64,000 nt of DNA, taken from the NCBI GenBank assembly GCA_963827275.1, contig CAWHAA010000002.1, positions 1 to 64,000 of the forward strand. Reading direction: 5' to 3'. The notes below the pieces were generated by a model, which was given only the letters and a program-made list of their open reading frames with translations, did no database searches and was not told the origin of the DNA. The translations under genes were made by a program, and so were the position numbers. Of this stretch, positions 50,577-61,035 are shown in pieces (position 1 is the stretch's first letter; each line of letters begins with the position of its first letter). The stretch comes from an uncultured Spirochaetota bacterium (lineage in GTDB: Bacteria; Spirochaetota; UBA4802; UBA5550).

Positions 50577-51812
50577 ATGATGGAAAACATTAATTATGCC
50601 GATCTGACATGGGTCATGATAGCTACGGCGCTGGTCATGATAATGACCCCGACCCTTGCGTTCTTTTACGGCGGCCTGGTACGGAAGAAGAATATATTGT
50701 CCGTGCTGATGCAATGCATGGTAATCCTCTGCCTGGTATCGATCCAGTGGATCCTGTTCGGGTACAGCCTGGCATTCGGCCCGGATATAGGTGGCGTCAT
50801 CGGCGGCCTTGACTGGCTGGGACTTTCCGGCGTCGGCATGGCACCGCACGACACCTACATGAACACCATACCGCACAGCCTCTTCATGGCCTTCCAGATG
50901 ATGTTCGCCGTTATCACCCCCGCCCTTATCATAGGCGCTTTCGCGGAGAGGATCAAATTCTCAGGGTTTCTTCTTTTCACACTGCTCTGGTCGACCCTGG
51001 TCTACGATCCCCTTGCCCACTGGGTCTGGGCGAAAGACGGGTGGCTCATGTCGCTCGGCGCGCTCGATTTCGCCGGCGGTACCGTCATCCATATCAACGC
51101 CGGGATTTCGGCCCTCGTGTTCGTGCTCCTGCTCGGGAAGCGGAACGGCCACGAGCACCATGTTCCGCACAACCTTCCTTTCGCGGTACTGGGCGCCGGG
51201 TTCCTCTGGTTCGGCTGGTTCGGATTCAACGCGGGCAGCGCCGGGGCGGCGAACACCGTGGCGGTTGCCGCGTTTATCAATACCAACACTGCCGCGGCCG
51301 CGGCGGGTATCGCCTGGATGGTCCTTGACTGGATCGTCAACAAGGTGCCGACCATGCTCGGCATTGCGACCGGCCTGGTCGCCGGCCTCGTGGCCGTCAC
51401 CCCGGCAGCCGGCTATGTCACGCCGATGTCGGCGATTGCAATCGGCGCCCTCGCCAGCCTGGTCTGCTTCTTCTTCGTCACCATTATCAAGGCGAAGCTC
51501 GGATATGACGACGCCCTTGACGTTTTCGGCGTGCATGGCGTGGGCGGTATCATCGGCGCCCTTGCGACCGGGCTCTTCGCGACAAAATCGGTCAACGCAG
51601 CCGGAAACGACGGTCTGTTTTACGGCAACCCCGGCCTGCTGGGAGTCCAGGCTCTCACCGTGCTGGTGGCCATCGTCTTCTCGGCCGTCATGACCGTACT
51701 ATTGTACAAGCTTGTCGATTTCCTCGTCGGCATGAGGGTCGAAAGCAAGGATGAAAATATCGGCCTCGATCTTACCCAGCACCACGAGACTGGGTATACT
51801 CTCCATGAGTAG
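50577..51812 (+). CDS. amtB: Ammonium transporter
   Basis: FQMMFAVITPALI; DFAGGTVIH; WFGWFGFNAGS; DDALDVFGVHG. Confidence 0.97.
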   Translation: MMENINYADLTWVMIATALVMIMTPTLAFFYGGLVRKKNILSVLMQCMVILCLVSIQWILFGYSLAFGPDIGGVIGGLDWLGLSGVGMAPHDTYMNTIPHSLFMAFQMMFAVITPALIIGAFAERIKFSGFLLFTLLWSTLVYDPLAHWVWAKDGWLMSLGALDFAGGTVIHINAGISALVFVLLLGKRNGHEHHVPHNLPFAVLGAGFLWFGWFGFNAGSAGAANTVAVAAFINTNTAAAAAGIAWMVLDWIVNKVPTMLGIATGLVAGLVAVTPAAGYVTPMSAIAIGALASLVCFFFVTIIKAKLGYDDALDVFGVHGVGGIIGALATGLFATKSVNAAGNDGLFYGNPGLLGVQALTVLVAIVFSAVMTVLLYKLVDFLVGMRVESKDENIGLDLTQHHETGYTLHE

Positions 51813-51845
51813 TCCGATTAAAAATAGCGATGGAGGAGCGAACAT

Positions 51846-52187
51846 ATGAAATACGTAATTGCGATACTCAAACCCCACAAGCTGGAAGAAGTAATGGATG
51901 AGCTTGATAAAAATGAAATTCACCTTCGGACCGTCACAGAGGTATTGGGATGCGGTCGCCAGAAGGGGATCACCGAGGTGTACCGCGGCGTGAAGGAGAT
52001 CGGCTCACTCCTGAGAAAGGTCAAGCTTGAAATCGCGGTCAACGACGACTACCTTGAGCAGACGATAGAGGCCATCAGGAAGGGAGCGAGCGACGGGGAC
52101 ATCGGGGACGGAAAGATTTTCGTGCTCGATCTCAAGGACTGCATACGGATCCGCACCGGCGAACGGGGCAGCGAGGCGATAGGATGA
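51846..52187 (+). CDS. glnK: P-II nitrogen regulator
   Basis: GCGRQKG..EVYRG; GDGKIFV; RIRTGE. Confidence 0.92.
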   Translation: MKYVIAILKPHKLEEVMDELDKNEIHLRTVTEVLGCGRQKGITEVYRGVKEIGSLLRKVKLEIAVNDDYLEQTIEAIRKGASDGDIGDGKIFVLDLKDCIRIRTGERGSEAIG

Positions 52188-53096
52188 TCACCGGGCGCCG
52201 CCGCCATCCGCAAGGGCGGCGGCGTACCGTATAACCGCTTCAAGGTTTGCCAGGAATCTCTTCTGCATTAATCTGTTACGGACAAACGGCGTCTTGTTGA
52301 CCATGATCTCCATGGAATGAAAGAGCAGGACAAACACCGGATCGCCGAAGTCCCTCCGCATGTCCCGCATTATTTTTTTCTGTTCCAGCACGCTCATGTG
52401 GGTCGGCCGCAGCCAGTTGTAAAAAAGCCAGGTATCGGGGAGGAACCTCCCGAGCGGCCCGAGCCGCTTACCGTAAATCGTGACCGGGTACTCCTGGATC
52501 CCCGTCCCGGCATTCTCCGTCGCTGCCCCGTACATGTCATCGGTGCTCACCCAGTAGGGCTGCAGCGGCGCCCTGCGATGGTCGGGCCCGCCGATCCCCG
52601 ACCAGTCGATCCCCGGGGTGACCGAGCTGTCATAGCGGTAGCCCAGCCGTGACAGCGCCCGTATTGTGTCGAGGTCAGCACCATAGCGCGCCGCCCGGTA
52701 CCAGACCGGCCGGTATCCGAGCCGGTCCTGTATCATCGTCGTCAGGTTCCGTATCTTTTCAAACTCGATCTCCGCCGAATGGGCGAAGCAGGGGAACTCC
52801 CCCGAGACCCTGCCGGCCGGGTCCCGGATCGTGACATGCGGTTCGATGTATTCCGAATGCAGGTGCGCGCCGATGACCGCGCCCTTCCCGACCTCGGAGG
52901 TCAGGACGCTGCAGCACCCGTCATCGCGCACCACCTCCGGGCTGACAAAATATATCGGCTGTATCCCGTAGCGGTCCCAGAGCGGGCGCAGCAGGCGCGG
53001 TATCCCCTCGGTGACGGAGGTGAAGGTGAGGGGTGACGAGCGGCGCCATGACGTATCGCAATCCGGCTCGGTATCGATGGTGATGAATAGTCTCAT
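52188..53096 (-). CDS. Polysaccharide deacetylase-like (CE4/WalW-like) protein
   Basis: ITIDTEPD; GAHLH; YRAARY; YDSSVTPG; FHSME. Confidence 0.75.
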   Translation of the reverse strand: MRLFITIDTEPDCDTSWRRSSPLTFTSVTEGIPRLLRPLWDRYGIQPIYFVSPEVVRDDGCCSVLTSEVGKGAVIGAHLHSEYIEPHVTIRDPAGRVSGEFPCFAHSAEIEFEKIRNLTTMIQDRLGYRPVWYRAARYGADLDTIRALSRLGYRYDSSVTPGIDWSGIGGPDHRRAPLQPYWVSTDDMYGAATENAGTGIQEYPVTIYGKRLGPLGRFLPDTWLFYNWLRPTHMSVLEQKKIMRDMRRDFGDPVFVLLFHSMEIMVNKTPFVRNRLMQKRFLANLEAVIRYAAALADGGGAR

Positions 53097-53097
53097 C

Positions 53098-54186
53098 TCA
53101 TTGTTCCAGGAGCGAAATATATTCCTTTATAACGCTGTCCCAGCTGAAGCGCGCGATATCGATGTCCATGTGCGGCACCCCGCTGCTCATGACCGCGGCC
53201 AGTTTACTCCTCAATTCCCCGACATTGCCCTTTCCGAAGAAAAACCTGTCATCATGGAGGATGTAGCGGTGCCCGCCGATATCTGATACAAGGGGGTAGC
53301 AGCCGGCGCTCAGGGCCTCCAGCACCGTCAGCCCGAAGCTTTCAAAATAGCTGGCGGAGATAAAGATGCCGGCGCGCCCGTAGAGCTCCTTCATTTCAGC
53401 GCTTGCGTTATCAACCCATCCGAGGAACCTGACCGTGCCCGCCAGTCCGTTGTCCGCGGCTTTCTGTTCCAGGGATTTACGGTAGGGCCCTTCGCCGACG
53501 ATCTCCACGGACCAGCCCCTGCAATCAATTCCCCGTAGCGCGTCGAGCACGTCCTGTATCCCCTTGTTTTCAAAGAGCCGCGCGACAACGAGTATTTTTC
53601 TCTCCTTCTTCATCGGCCTGAACCTGTTCAGGTCAAGGCCGTTGGCCACGGTCGCGAAGGTGCCGTCATGCGTAATGTTTTGTATCGACCCGATCTGGTA
53701 ATCCGACGGCGCCGTGACGCATTTTGCATGCTTGACGATCCGCTTCCACGGCAGCCTGACAAAGGGATAGAGCATCGCAAACCGCTTGTTATGGCCCGGG
53801 ACATCGCTACCGTGTGAGGTTACGATATACGGAATCCCGAATTTTTTTTTCACCAGGAGCGCCAGCACCCCGGTGGGGATGATGAACTGGGTATGGTTGA
53901 TGTCATAGCGTACTTTTTTAAGCCGCCGGTTCAGGAACCACCACGCGGAAAAAAGGTAGGTGAGCTGCTCCCAGGGATGGCAGATCTCTTTTTTTGACCG
54001 GAGCGACCTGACCCGGTACACCTTCACCCCATCGACAATTTCAAATGCGGGAAGCCCCCGGTAGCTCATCGTCACAACGTCGACGTCATGCCCGTTCCGG
54101 ACATAGCCCCTGGCGATCTCGAGGCTGACCGGACTGGCCCCGCCGCCGATGGGAGGAAATTCATAATTCAAAAACAATATCTTCAT
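53098..54186 (-). CDS. Glycosyltransferase family 4
   Basis: YEFPPIGGG; HGSDVP; NGLD; ESFGLTVLEA (EX7E). Confidence 0.9.
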   Translation of the reverse strand: MKILFLNYEFPPIGGGASPVSLEIARGYVRNGHDVDVVTMSYRGLPAFEIVDGVKVYRVRSLRSKKEICHPWEQLTYLFSAWWFLNRRLKKVRYDINHTQFIIPTGVLALLVKKKFGIPYIVTSHGSDVPGHNKRFAMLYPFVRLPWKRIVKHAKCVTAPSDYQIGSIQNITHDGTFATVANGLDLNRFRPMKKERKILVVARLFENKGIQDVLDALRGIDCRGWSVEIVGEGPYRKSLEQKAADNGLAGTVRFLGWVDNASAEMKELYGRAGIFISASYFESFGLTVLEALSAGCYPLVSDIGGHRYILHDDRFFFGKGNVGELRSKLAAVMSSGVPHMDIDIARFSWDSVIKEYISLLEQ

Positions 54187-54372
54187 CAAAACAGTCCATT
54201 CATCATTTAATTCCGGCAGGGGTGGATCATCATGCCGCTGCGACCATTACACCACGCATGGTATAGTATACTTCAATAACATTTTATCGCATCAATATGT
54301 AAAAATACTCATAAAACTGTTGAAAATTATACCTGATTATGAAATTCTGTGTCAAAATAGCTAAATAAACAT

Positions 54373-55023
54373 ATGACGAATAAAATTGCCCTTTTATCTG
54401 ATAATCAGGATATCCTCAGAGCCATTACCGGGTATTATCCCGCTTCTGAAATTATCATTTTCAGATCGATTGAATCCATCAAGCGTGAGGATTTTTCCCT
54501 GCTCCTCACGGACTACCAGATATTCGGCTCATCTGATTCGATCCAATTCCTACTTTCAAAAATCAGAAAAAAAATACATGAAAAGCCGGTCCTTCTCATC
54601 ATCCATGAAAAATCGATACTGGAGCTGAAAATAGACTGGTTCTTCGACGATTTCGTTATATTCCCATTTCAAAAAGAAGAGCTCGAGGCAAGAATAAACA
54701 AGATCCTCTTCCAGAAAGGCATTACAGATGACAGCGTTGCCATCGGGCGGTTGCTCATAAACTTCAAGGAATACACGGTCAGGATGGATGATGAAAAGCT
54801 CGACCTGACCTATAAAGAGTTCGAATTGCTGCGCATGCTCGTCCAGAACAAAGGGGAAGTCTTTTCGAGGAAAGACCTGCTCAATAAAATCTGGGGGATG
54901 GAATACATCGGCGGCACGCGGACCGTGGACGTACATATACGGAGACTCCGCGGCAAGCTCGGTGATGAATTCAATTCCATCATCGAGACGGTCAGAAACG
55001 TCGGCTACCGCTGTAAAACATAG
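54373..55023 (+). CDS. Orphan OmpR-family regulator with atypical receiver (GlnR-like)
   Basis: LDLTYKEFELL...WGMEYIGGTRTVDVHIRRLRGKLG...ETVRNVGYR; receiver lacks the acidic pair and conserved Lys; no adjacent kinase. Confidence 0.8.
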   Translation: MTNKIALLSDNQDILRAITGYYPASEIIIFRSIESIKREDFSLLLTDYQIFGSSDSIQFLLSKIRKKIHEKPVLLIIHEKSILELKIDWFFDDFVIFPFQKEELEARINKILFQKGITDDSVAIGRLLINFKEYTVRMDDEKLDLTYKEFELLRMLVQNKGEVFSRKDLLNKIWGMEYIGGTRTVDVHIRRLRGKLGDEFNSIIETVRNVGYRCKT

Positions 55024-55244
55024 CGGGATCCCGTGTTACACCCTGTCTGACAAGAAAATTACTTGCTATTTTTAGATATATTTTTATTTTGTACGGTACA
55101 TTGCCTGATCCTGTAATAGTTCACATAATACACACTATGTATCGGCTTGATCCGCTTTTCCCGTAACGGATAGATGGACATCGGGCCGCGACACATCATG
55201 AGCGATGTGAGCCAAAAACTGATACCCTTTCTGCGAGGATACGT

Positions 55245-55745
55245 ATGAACCAGTTAAAAAAAATAAAAAGAATTCTCGACGTTGCCTATAACGAAAACCT
55301 CGATGAATACGAAGCGCTGGTAAAGCGCCTGAAGAAGGAGCTCCCCCTTTTCAACGGCCCCAAGAGAATAGCCGCCGCGGTACTCAAGGAATATCTCGGT
55401 GATATCTCCGGTGTCGAGATACCGAAAGAAAAAATTTACCAGAAAGACGAAGCCGGACAGGTGATGTTTGAAGATATAAAAGACGGCAGGGCGCGCCTGT
55501 TCATCAATATCGGCAAGAACCACAACATCAGCACGGGCGACCTGATCCGCGAGATCGTGAAGAAATCCGGCATGGACGGCAAATCAATCGGCAAGATAGA
55601 CATACATTCCACCTATTCATTTTTCGAGATCCCCGAGCAATTCGCCGAGCTGGTCCTGCATTCCTTTGAAGGCGCGAAGATCAAGGGGCTCAATGTCGTG
55701 GTGGAACCCGCAAAAAAGAAAAAGAAGGAAAAAGAGAAAGTATAA
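55245..55745 (+). CDS. Stand-alone DbpA RNA-binding domain protein
   Basis: RLFINIGK...IGKIDIHSTYSFFEI; no helicase motifs. Confidence 0.8.
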   Translation: MNQLKKIKRILDVAYNENLDEYEALVKRLKKELPLFNGPKRIAAAVLKEYLGDISGVEIPKEKIYQKDEAGQVMFEDIKDGRARLFINIGKNHNISTGDLIREIVKKSGMDGKSIGKIDIHSTYSFFEIPEQFAELVLHSFEGAKIKGLNVVVEPAKKKKKEKEKV

Positions 55746-55754
55746 CGCCGCAGC

Positions 55755-56582
55755 ATGATCTCCGGCAGACCTCAATGTCCCCTATGTTCGTTACCAGGCG
55801 CGGCCCCTGTTGCCGGCGCCCTGTATATATGCAGGCGCTGCGGGATCGCGTACAACTCCGCGTACATTCAAAAATCGTACAATGACCGCTACTTCCTTGA
55901 TGAGTATAAAAACCAGTACGGAAAAACCTACATCGAGGACCGTCAATCCATCCGCGCCCTTTCGCAATCCAGGCTCCGCAGCATTTTAAGACATTTCAGC
56001 GGCACCGGCGGTCTTGCGAAGCTCTCGCTCCTCGATATCGGGTCAGCGGCGGGGTTTTTTCTTGAATACGCGCGTGATGCCGGCATAGGCGCGGTGATGG
56101 GCATCGAGATATCAGAATACGCGTCGCGTTATTGCAGGGAGGAACTGCGCATACCGGTGCTGAATGCGTCGTTCCAGGACGCCCGGATCGATGGCGGCTA
56201 TGATATCGTTACGGCGTGGTTTTTCATCGAGCACTGCCTGGACCCGGTGGCGGTCATAGAGCGAATATATGGTATGTTGAATCCTGGCGGCGTGTTCGCC
56301 TTTTCCTGCCCCTCGATCTTCGGCCCTCTCTTCACCCTGAACCTCGCCGAATGGGCGCGTACCCACCCGGAAGACCACCGGGTCGATTTTTCCCCGCGGG
56401 GTGCACGGGCGCTTCTCAGGAAATGCGGGTTCAGGTCCATAACGGTCAAACCGTCCGGGATCCATCCCGAACGTGTCATATCGCCGCGATCAGTTGTTTA
56501 TAAACCCTTTTCACTGCTCTACACGATGTTTTCCCGCGTGACATCTTTTTCAGACACGATAGAAGTTTACGCGGTCAAATAG
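55755..56582 (+). CDS. Class I SAM-dependent methyltransferase with N-terminal Zn ribbon
   Basis: CPLC..CRRC; LLDIGSAAG; IEH; PGG. Confidence 0.85.
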   Translation: MISGRPQCPLCSLPGAAPVAGALYICRRCGIAYNSAYIQKSYNDRYFLDEYKNQYGKTYIEDRQSIRALSQSRLRSILRHFSGTGGLAKLSLLDIGSAAGFFLEYARDAGIGAVMGIEISEYASRYCREELRIPVLNASFQDARIDGGYDIVTAWFFIEHCLDPVAVIERIYGMLNPGGVFAFSCPSIFGPLFTLNLAEWARTHPEDHRVDFSPRGARALLRKCGFRSITVKPSGIHPERVISPRSVVYKPFSLLYTMFSRVTSFSDTIEVYAVK

Positions 56583-56611
56583 GCGGCGGCACAGCGTCAA
56601 AAAACTGCGGC

Positions 56612-59098
56612 TTACACGAACACCTCGCGCGGCTTGCTTCCGATCTGGGGACCGATGTAGCCCATGTCTTCCATCTGCTCTATGATGCGCGCGGCGCGGT
56701 TATACCCGATGGAGAGGCGCCGCTGCAGGTATGACGCAGAGGCTTTTTTCGTCTCCTCGATGATCTTCAGCGCCTCCTGGAACAATTCGTCGGAGGCTTC
56801 TTCCATTTCACCTGATTCTTCGTCTTCGACAAGACTCTCTTCTATGTCAATATACGAGGGCTTCCCGAGCCGGCAGAGGTGGCCGGTGATCTTCTCTATC
56901 TCATCCTCCGATATGAACCCGCCCTGCACCCTGATCGGGAACGAGCTCGTCGGCGGCTGGTAGAGCATATCGCCCCTGCCGAGTAGTTTCTCCGCCCCGT
57001 TCTGGTCGATGATCGTGCGGGAGTCGGTCTTCTGCGCCACCTGGAACGCCACGCGCGCAGGGAAATTCGCCTTGATGAGACCGGTGATGATGTCCACGGA
57101 GGGCCGCTGCGTCGCGACGACAAGATGGATGCCGACCGCACGCGATTTCTGGGCGATCCTGGTGATATACCCCTCGACCTCCTTCGAGCTCATCATCAGG
57201 TCCGCCATCTCGTCTATGATGACCACGATGTACGGGAGCCGCTCCGTGTTTTTCCGCTGCCGCCCTATCTTCTCGTTATACCGCTCGATGTCGCGCGTGT
57301 TCATCTCGGACAGCAGGTAATACCGGCGCTCCATCTCGCGCATCGTCCATTTAAGGACCATCGGCGCAATCTGCGGATCGACGATGACCGGCGTCAGGAG
57401 GTGCGGGAGCCCGTTATAGAGCTGCAGCTCGACCATCTTCGGGTCAACTAGTATGAACCGCACATAGTTGGGATTATAATTATAGAGCAGGCTGGTGATG
57501 ATCGAGTTGACGCACACGGACTTGCCCGAGCCGGTGGTGCCGGCTATCAGGAGGTGCGGCTGCTTTTTTAAATCGAGCATGACCGGCTTGCCGAGGATGT
57601 CCTTGCCCAGGGCGACGACAAGGCTCCCCTCGTAATTCTGGAATTCCTTTGACTTGATAATGTCGCCGAGCGTTACGGTCTCCCGGTAGAGGTTCGGGAT
57701 CTCGACCCCGATCGCCGATTTCCCGGGGATCGGCGCAACGATGCGCACGCGCTGCGCGGCGAGGGCCATGGCGATGTCGTCCGCGAGCCCCACGACCCGG
57801 TTGACCTTGATCCCCGGCGCTATCTGCATCTCGTACAGGGTGATGACCGGGCCCCGGTTGACGTTGACAACGTCCGCCTCGATGCCGAACTCGGCAAGGG
57901 TATTCTTCAGCAGGATTGAATTCTTGCGTATCTCGTTTTTCCAGCTTTCGGCGTCAAGCGGCTTTGACGATGACAGGTATGTTTTAGGGATGATGTATTC
58001 CTCGTTGATCCGGATTTCATCAAACACCCGCGCCTTCGGTGTTTCAAGGAGCGTCGTATCCAGGACCGGCATCGGTGCGCCCGTTTCCAGCTCATCTGAT
58101 TCAGCAGCTGCGTTGCCGGCGTATTCCCCGCCGGCGTTCTCCGCTTCCATGGAGCCAGGATCCTCCATATCTTCCGCCTGGCAGCCGCAGCGTTCCTCGG
58201 GCGACTCTTCGCCTTCGCCGGGAACATTCCCATCGACCGCATCGACGATGTATTCATCTTCGCCCAGCACCAGTTCTTTCTCCCCGCTCACCGCGGGATC
58301 CGTCGCCGGCTCTTCAAGGAGGCGCACGTCGCCGGCCTGTCGTGCAATGCTGTCCGCCCCGCGGCATTCCATCCCATCGCCGGATAAGTCGGGAAGCTCG
58401 GGAAATTTCAGCGCACCGTCAGGCCCTTCTATTTTTTCAGTCTCGTACACGACGATCTTTTTTTTGACAATCCATGGGAACTTCACGCTCCCCTGATCCA
58501 GCGTTGACCCTGCGCAGGAGTCGGCCGCCGGATGTTTCTTCCTCCGGAAAAAATGCGCGATGCGCTCTTTCAGCAGGGACGGTACCCGCAGCCGTTCATA
58601 TCCGGGCGCGACAAAGAGGATGACAAGGATAACGACATTGATCACGATCAGGATTGAAACAAGGATATATGACGCGGTTCTGCCGAACAGGGCGATGAAA
58701 AACCCGCTTGCCAGTATGCCCGCATAGCCGCCTGAAAGCTGGGGCACGGTATCGCTGAACAGCGGCATGACTGCCGACGCGGCAACGGTCAGGAGAATGA
58801 GGATGATCGACTTTTCAGTCACATTGTGAACCCACTCATTGTTGACCAGGAAAAGGCCGGGTATGACAAGGACGGGGACGATGCAATACGACGCCACCCC
58901 GAACGCCGACCGGGTAAAGTGCGCCATCCACGCGCCGAGGCTCCCCGCCATATTTTTTGCAGGCGCGCCGGCGAGCAGTGAAGGATAATCCGCGGGCGTG
59001 TATCCCGTGATCGAAATCAGAATAAAGAGCGCGATTGATACAAGCGCAATACCAAGCACTTCCTGACAGCGTTTCTGGAACACGGCACAATCCTCCAT
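56612..59098 (-). CDS. ftsK: DNA translocase FtsK
   Basis: N-terminal TM segments; PHLLIAGTTGSGKS; IDEMADL; ATQRPS; gamma domain SASYLQRRLSIGYNRAARI. Confidence 0.96.
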   Translation of the reverse strand: MEDCAVFQKRCQEVLGIALVSIALFILISITGYTPADYPSLLAGAPAKNMAGSLGAWMAHFTRSAFGVASYCIVPVLVIPGLFLVNNEWVHNVTEKSIILILLTVAASAVMPLFSDTVPQLSGGYAGILASGFFIALFGRTASYILVSILIVINVVILVILFVAPGYERLRVPSLLKERIAHFFRRKKHPAADSCAGSTLDQGSVKFPWIVKKKIVVYETEKIEGPDGALKFPELPDLSGDGMECRGADSIARQAGDVRLLEEPATDPAVSGEKELVLGEDEYIVDAVDGNVPGEGEESPEERCGCQAEDMEDPGSMEAENAGGEYAGNAAAESDELETGAPMPVLDTTLLETPKARVFDEIRINEEYIIPKTYLSSSKPLDAESWKNEIRKNSILLKNTLAEFGIEADVVNVNRGPVITLYEMQIAPGIKVNRVVGLADDIAMALAAQRVRIVAPIPGKSAIGVEIPNLYRETVTLGDIIKSKEFQNYEGSLVVALGKDILGKPVMLDLKKQPHLLIAGTTGSGKSVCVNSIITSLLYNYNPNYVRFILVDPKMVELQLYNGLPHLLTPVIVDPQIAPMVLKWTMREMERRYYLLSEMNTRDIERYNEKIGRQRKNTERLPYIVVIIDEMADLMMSSKEVEGYITRIAQKSRAVGIHLVVATQRPSVDIITGLIKANFPARVAFQVAQKTDSRTIIDQNGAEKLLGRGDMLYQPPTSSFPIRVQGGFISEDEIEKITGHLCRLGKPSYIDIEESLVEDEESGEMEEASDELFQEALKIIEETKKASASYLQRRLSIGYNRAARIIEQMEDMGYIGPQIGSKPREVFV

Positions 59099-59363
59099 GA
59101 CAATCAGGTCCTGTCAGGAACCGCGCACAAAACGTCCCGCGCACGCCGACCCGCTCTGCGGATGGCATTGTATCGCCATCCCGCAGATTGGCCCCCTGAC
59201 CTGAAGGAACCTGTCTATACTACCTTTCGGCCTGTTTCGGGTATTTTATTAGCGAAGATACGCGTAATCTGGCGATATGCTCAAAATATCCGTATCGCGT
59301 AAAGGCGGTTATAATATTCGGTGAGTTGATGTTCAGAGACGGATTTCGGGCCGATTGGTCCCG

Positions 59364-61028
59364 CTACTGGTGGTGCTTGACATCGAGTATCTCAAGGACG
59401 ATCAACGGATTGCGGCGCGTTAATTTAAAAATCGGGTTCTTTATCCCCTTCTTGAGCGCCGCGATGATGTTGGCGTGGGACTGCTTTTCCGCCAGGAGCC
59501 TGGCGGCGCGCTCGTGGATGTCCTTCTTGAGCTCATCGAGTATATTCTCTTCTTTCATACCGACAAACCCGCGCGAAAAGATATCAGGTTTTCGCACCAG
59601 CTTTCCGTTTGCCACCACGAGGGCGATAAACAGGATCCCGTCGGACGACATCGCATGCCGGTCTTTGATCACGCTGCTTTCGATATCGCCGATCTCCTTC
59701 CCGTCCACGTAGATCTGCGACAACTCGATATCATCCACCTTTTTAAAGCTCTTCGGGGTAAGCTCGATGATGTCCCCGTTGCCGGCGATGATGATGTGCG
59801 ACTGTTTGATGTTGAGAGATGCCGCAATCTCCGCGTGCGCCTTCAGGTGGCGGAATTCCCCGTGGATCGGCATGAAGAATTTCGGCTTTGTCACCGCGAT
59901 CATCAGCTTCAGCTCCTTCGACGACCCGTGGCCGGAGACGTGGATGTCTTCATCCTGGTCGTAATAGACTTCGGCCCCCATCTTCATGAGCGAGTTCACC
60001 ACGTTCGTCACCATGCGTTCATTGCCCGGTATGACCGAGGCGGTGATAATGACGGTATCGCCCTTCTCGGCGAAAAAATGCCGGTGCGTGCCGTAAGCCA
60101 TGCGGTAGAGCGCGGACATCGGCTCCCCCTGGCTCCCGGTCCCGATGATGACCAGTTTTTTTCCGGGCATGGCATTGGCCTTCGATATATCAATGATGAG
60201 ATCATCCCGGTAATTCAGGTAGCCGAGTGAATTGGCTATCTCAACATTCTTCTGCATCGTGAGCCCTGATATGACGATCTTGCGGTTATACTTCTGCGCG
60301 ACGTCCATCACCTGCTGGATCCGGTGGATGTTGGAGGCAAAGGTAGCGACAATGATCCGGCCGTTGGCCGAGGCAAATATGTCCGCCAGCTTGTCCACCA
60401 GGACCGACTCAGAGCGGGTGAACCCTTCCCGCTCGGCGTTGGTGCTGTCCGACATGAGGAGCAGCACCCCTTTTTCGCCGTAATCGGCAAATCGGAAAAT
60501 ATCGGTGACATCGCCGTCCACGGGGGAGAAATCGATCTTGAAATCGCCGGTATGGATGATGGTGCCCGCGTCCGTGCTGATCGCAAGGCCGACCCCGCCG
60601 ATTATCGAATGGTTTACCTTGATGAATTCAACCGTGAAGCTGCCCACGCGGACCCGGTCGCGCGGCCTCACCTCGATGAACTCAGGCTCTTTCTTCGGCG
60701 GCATCTCCTCAAGCCGGCTCTGGATCAGGCCGAGCGTCAGCTTCGTTGCGTAGATCGGCGCCGCGATCTCCTGAAGAAGGTACGGGATCGCGCCGATGTG
60801 GTCCTCGTGGCCGTGCGTGACGATGATCGCCCGCACCCTGGATTTATGTTTCCTGATATAGCTGAAATCGGGGATGATGTAATCGACACCCGGCATCTCT
60901 TCTGTGGGGAACATAATGCCGCAATCCACGATGATGATATCGTCACGGTATTCAAAGAGCGTGATGTTCTTCCCGATCCCTTCAAGGCCGCCGAGCGGAA
61001 TTATCCGTATCGCTTTTTCTTTCTGCAT
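59364..61028 (-). CDS. rnj: Ribonuclease J
   Basis: PLGGLEGIGKN; THGHEDHIG; HTGDFK; DSTNA; GSQGEP; HVSGH; PIHGE. Confidence 0.96.
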   Translation of the reverse strand: MQKEKAIRIIPLGGLEGIGKNITLFEYRDDIIIVDCGIMFPTEEMPGVDYIIPDFSYIRKHKSRVRAIIVTHGHEDHIGAIPYLLQEIAAPIYATKLTLGLIQSRLEEMPPKKEPEFIEVRPRDRVRVGSFTVEFIKVNHSIIGGVGLAISTDAGTIIHTGDFKIDFSPVDGDVTDIFRFADYGEKGVLLLMSDSTNAEREGFTRSESVLVDKLADIFASANGRIIVATFASNIHRIQQVMDVAQKYNRKIVISGLTMQKNVEIANSLGYLNYRDDLIIDISKANAMPGKKLVIIGTGSQGEPMSALYRMAYGTHRHFFAEKGDTVIITASVIPGNERMVTNVVNSLMKMGAEVYYDQDEDIHVSGHGSSKELKLMIAVTKPKFFMPIHGEFRHLKAHAEIAASLNIKQSHIIIAGNGDIIELTPKSFKKVDDIELSQIYVDGKEIGDIESSVIKDRHAMSSDGILFIALVVANGKLVRKPDIFSRGFVGMKEENILDELKKDIHERAARLLAEKQSHANIIAALKKGIKNPIFKLTRRNPLIVLEILDVKHHQ

Positions 61029-61035
61029 GCCGTCG

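Noticed and set aside
59150..59190. Hairpin TCTGCG-GATGGC...GCCATC-CCGCAGA upstream of ftsK as an ncRNA
   Set aside because: A single hairpin with no further supporting structure or motif
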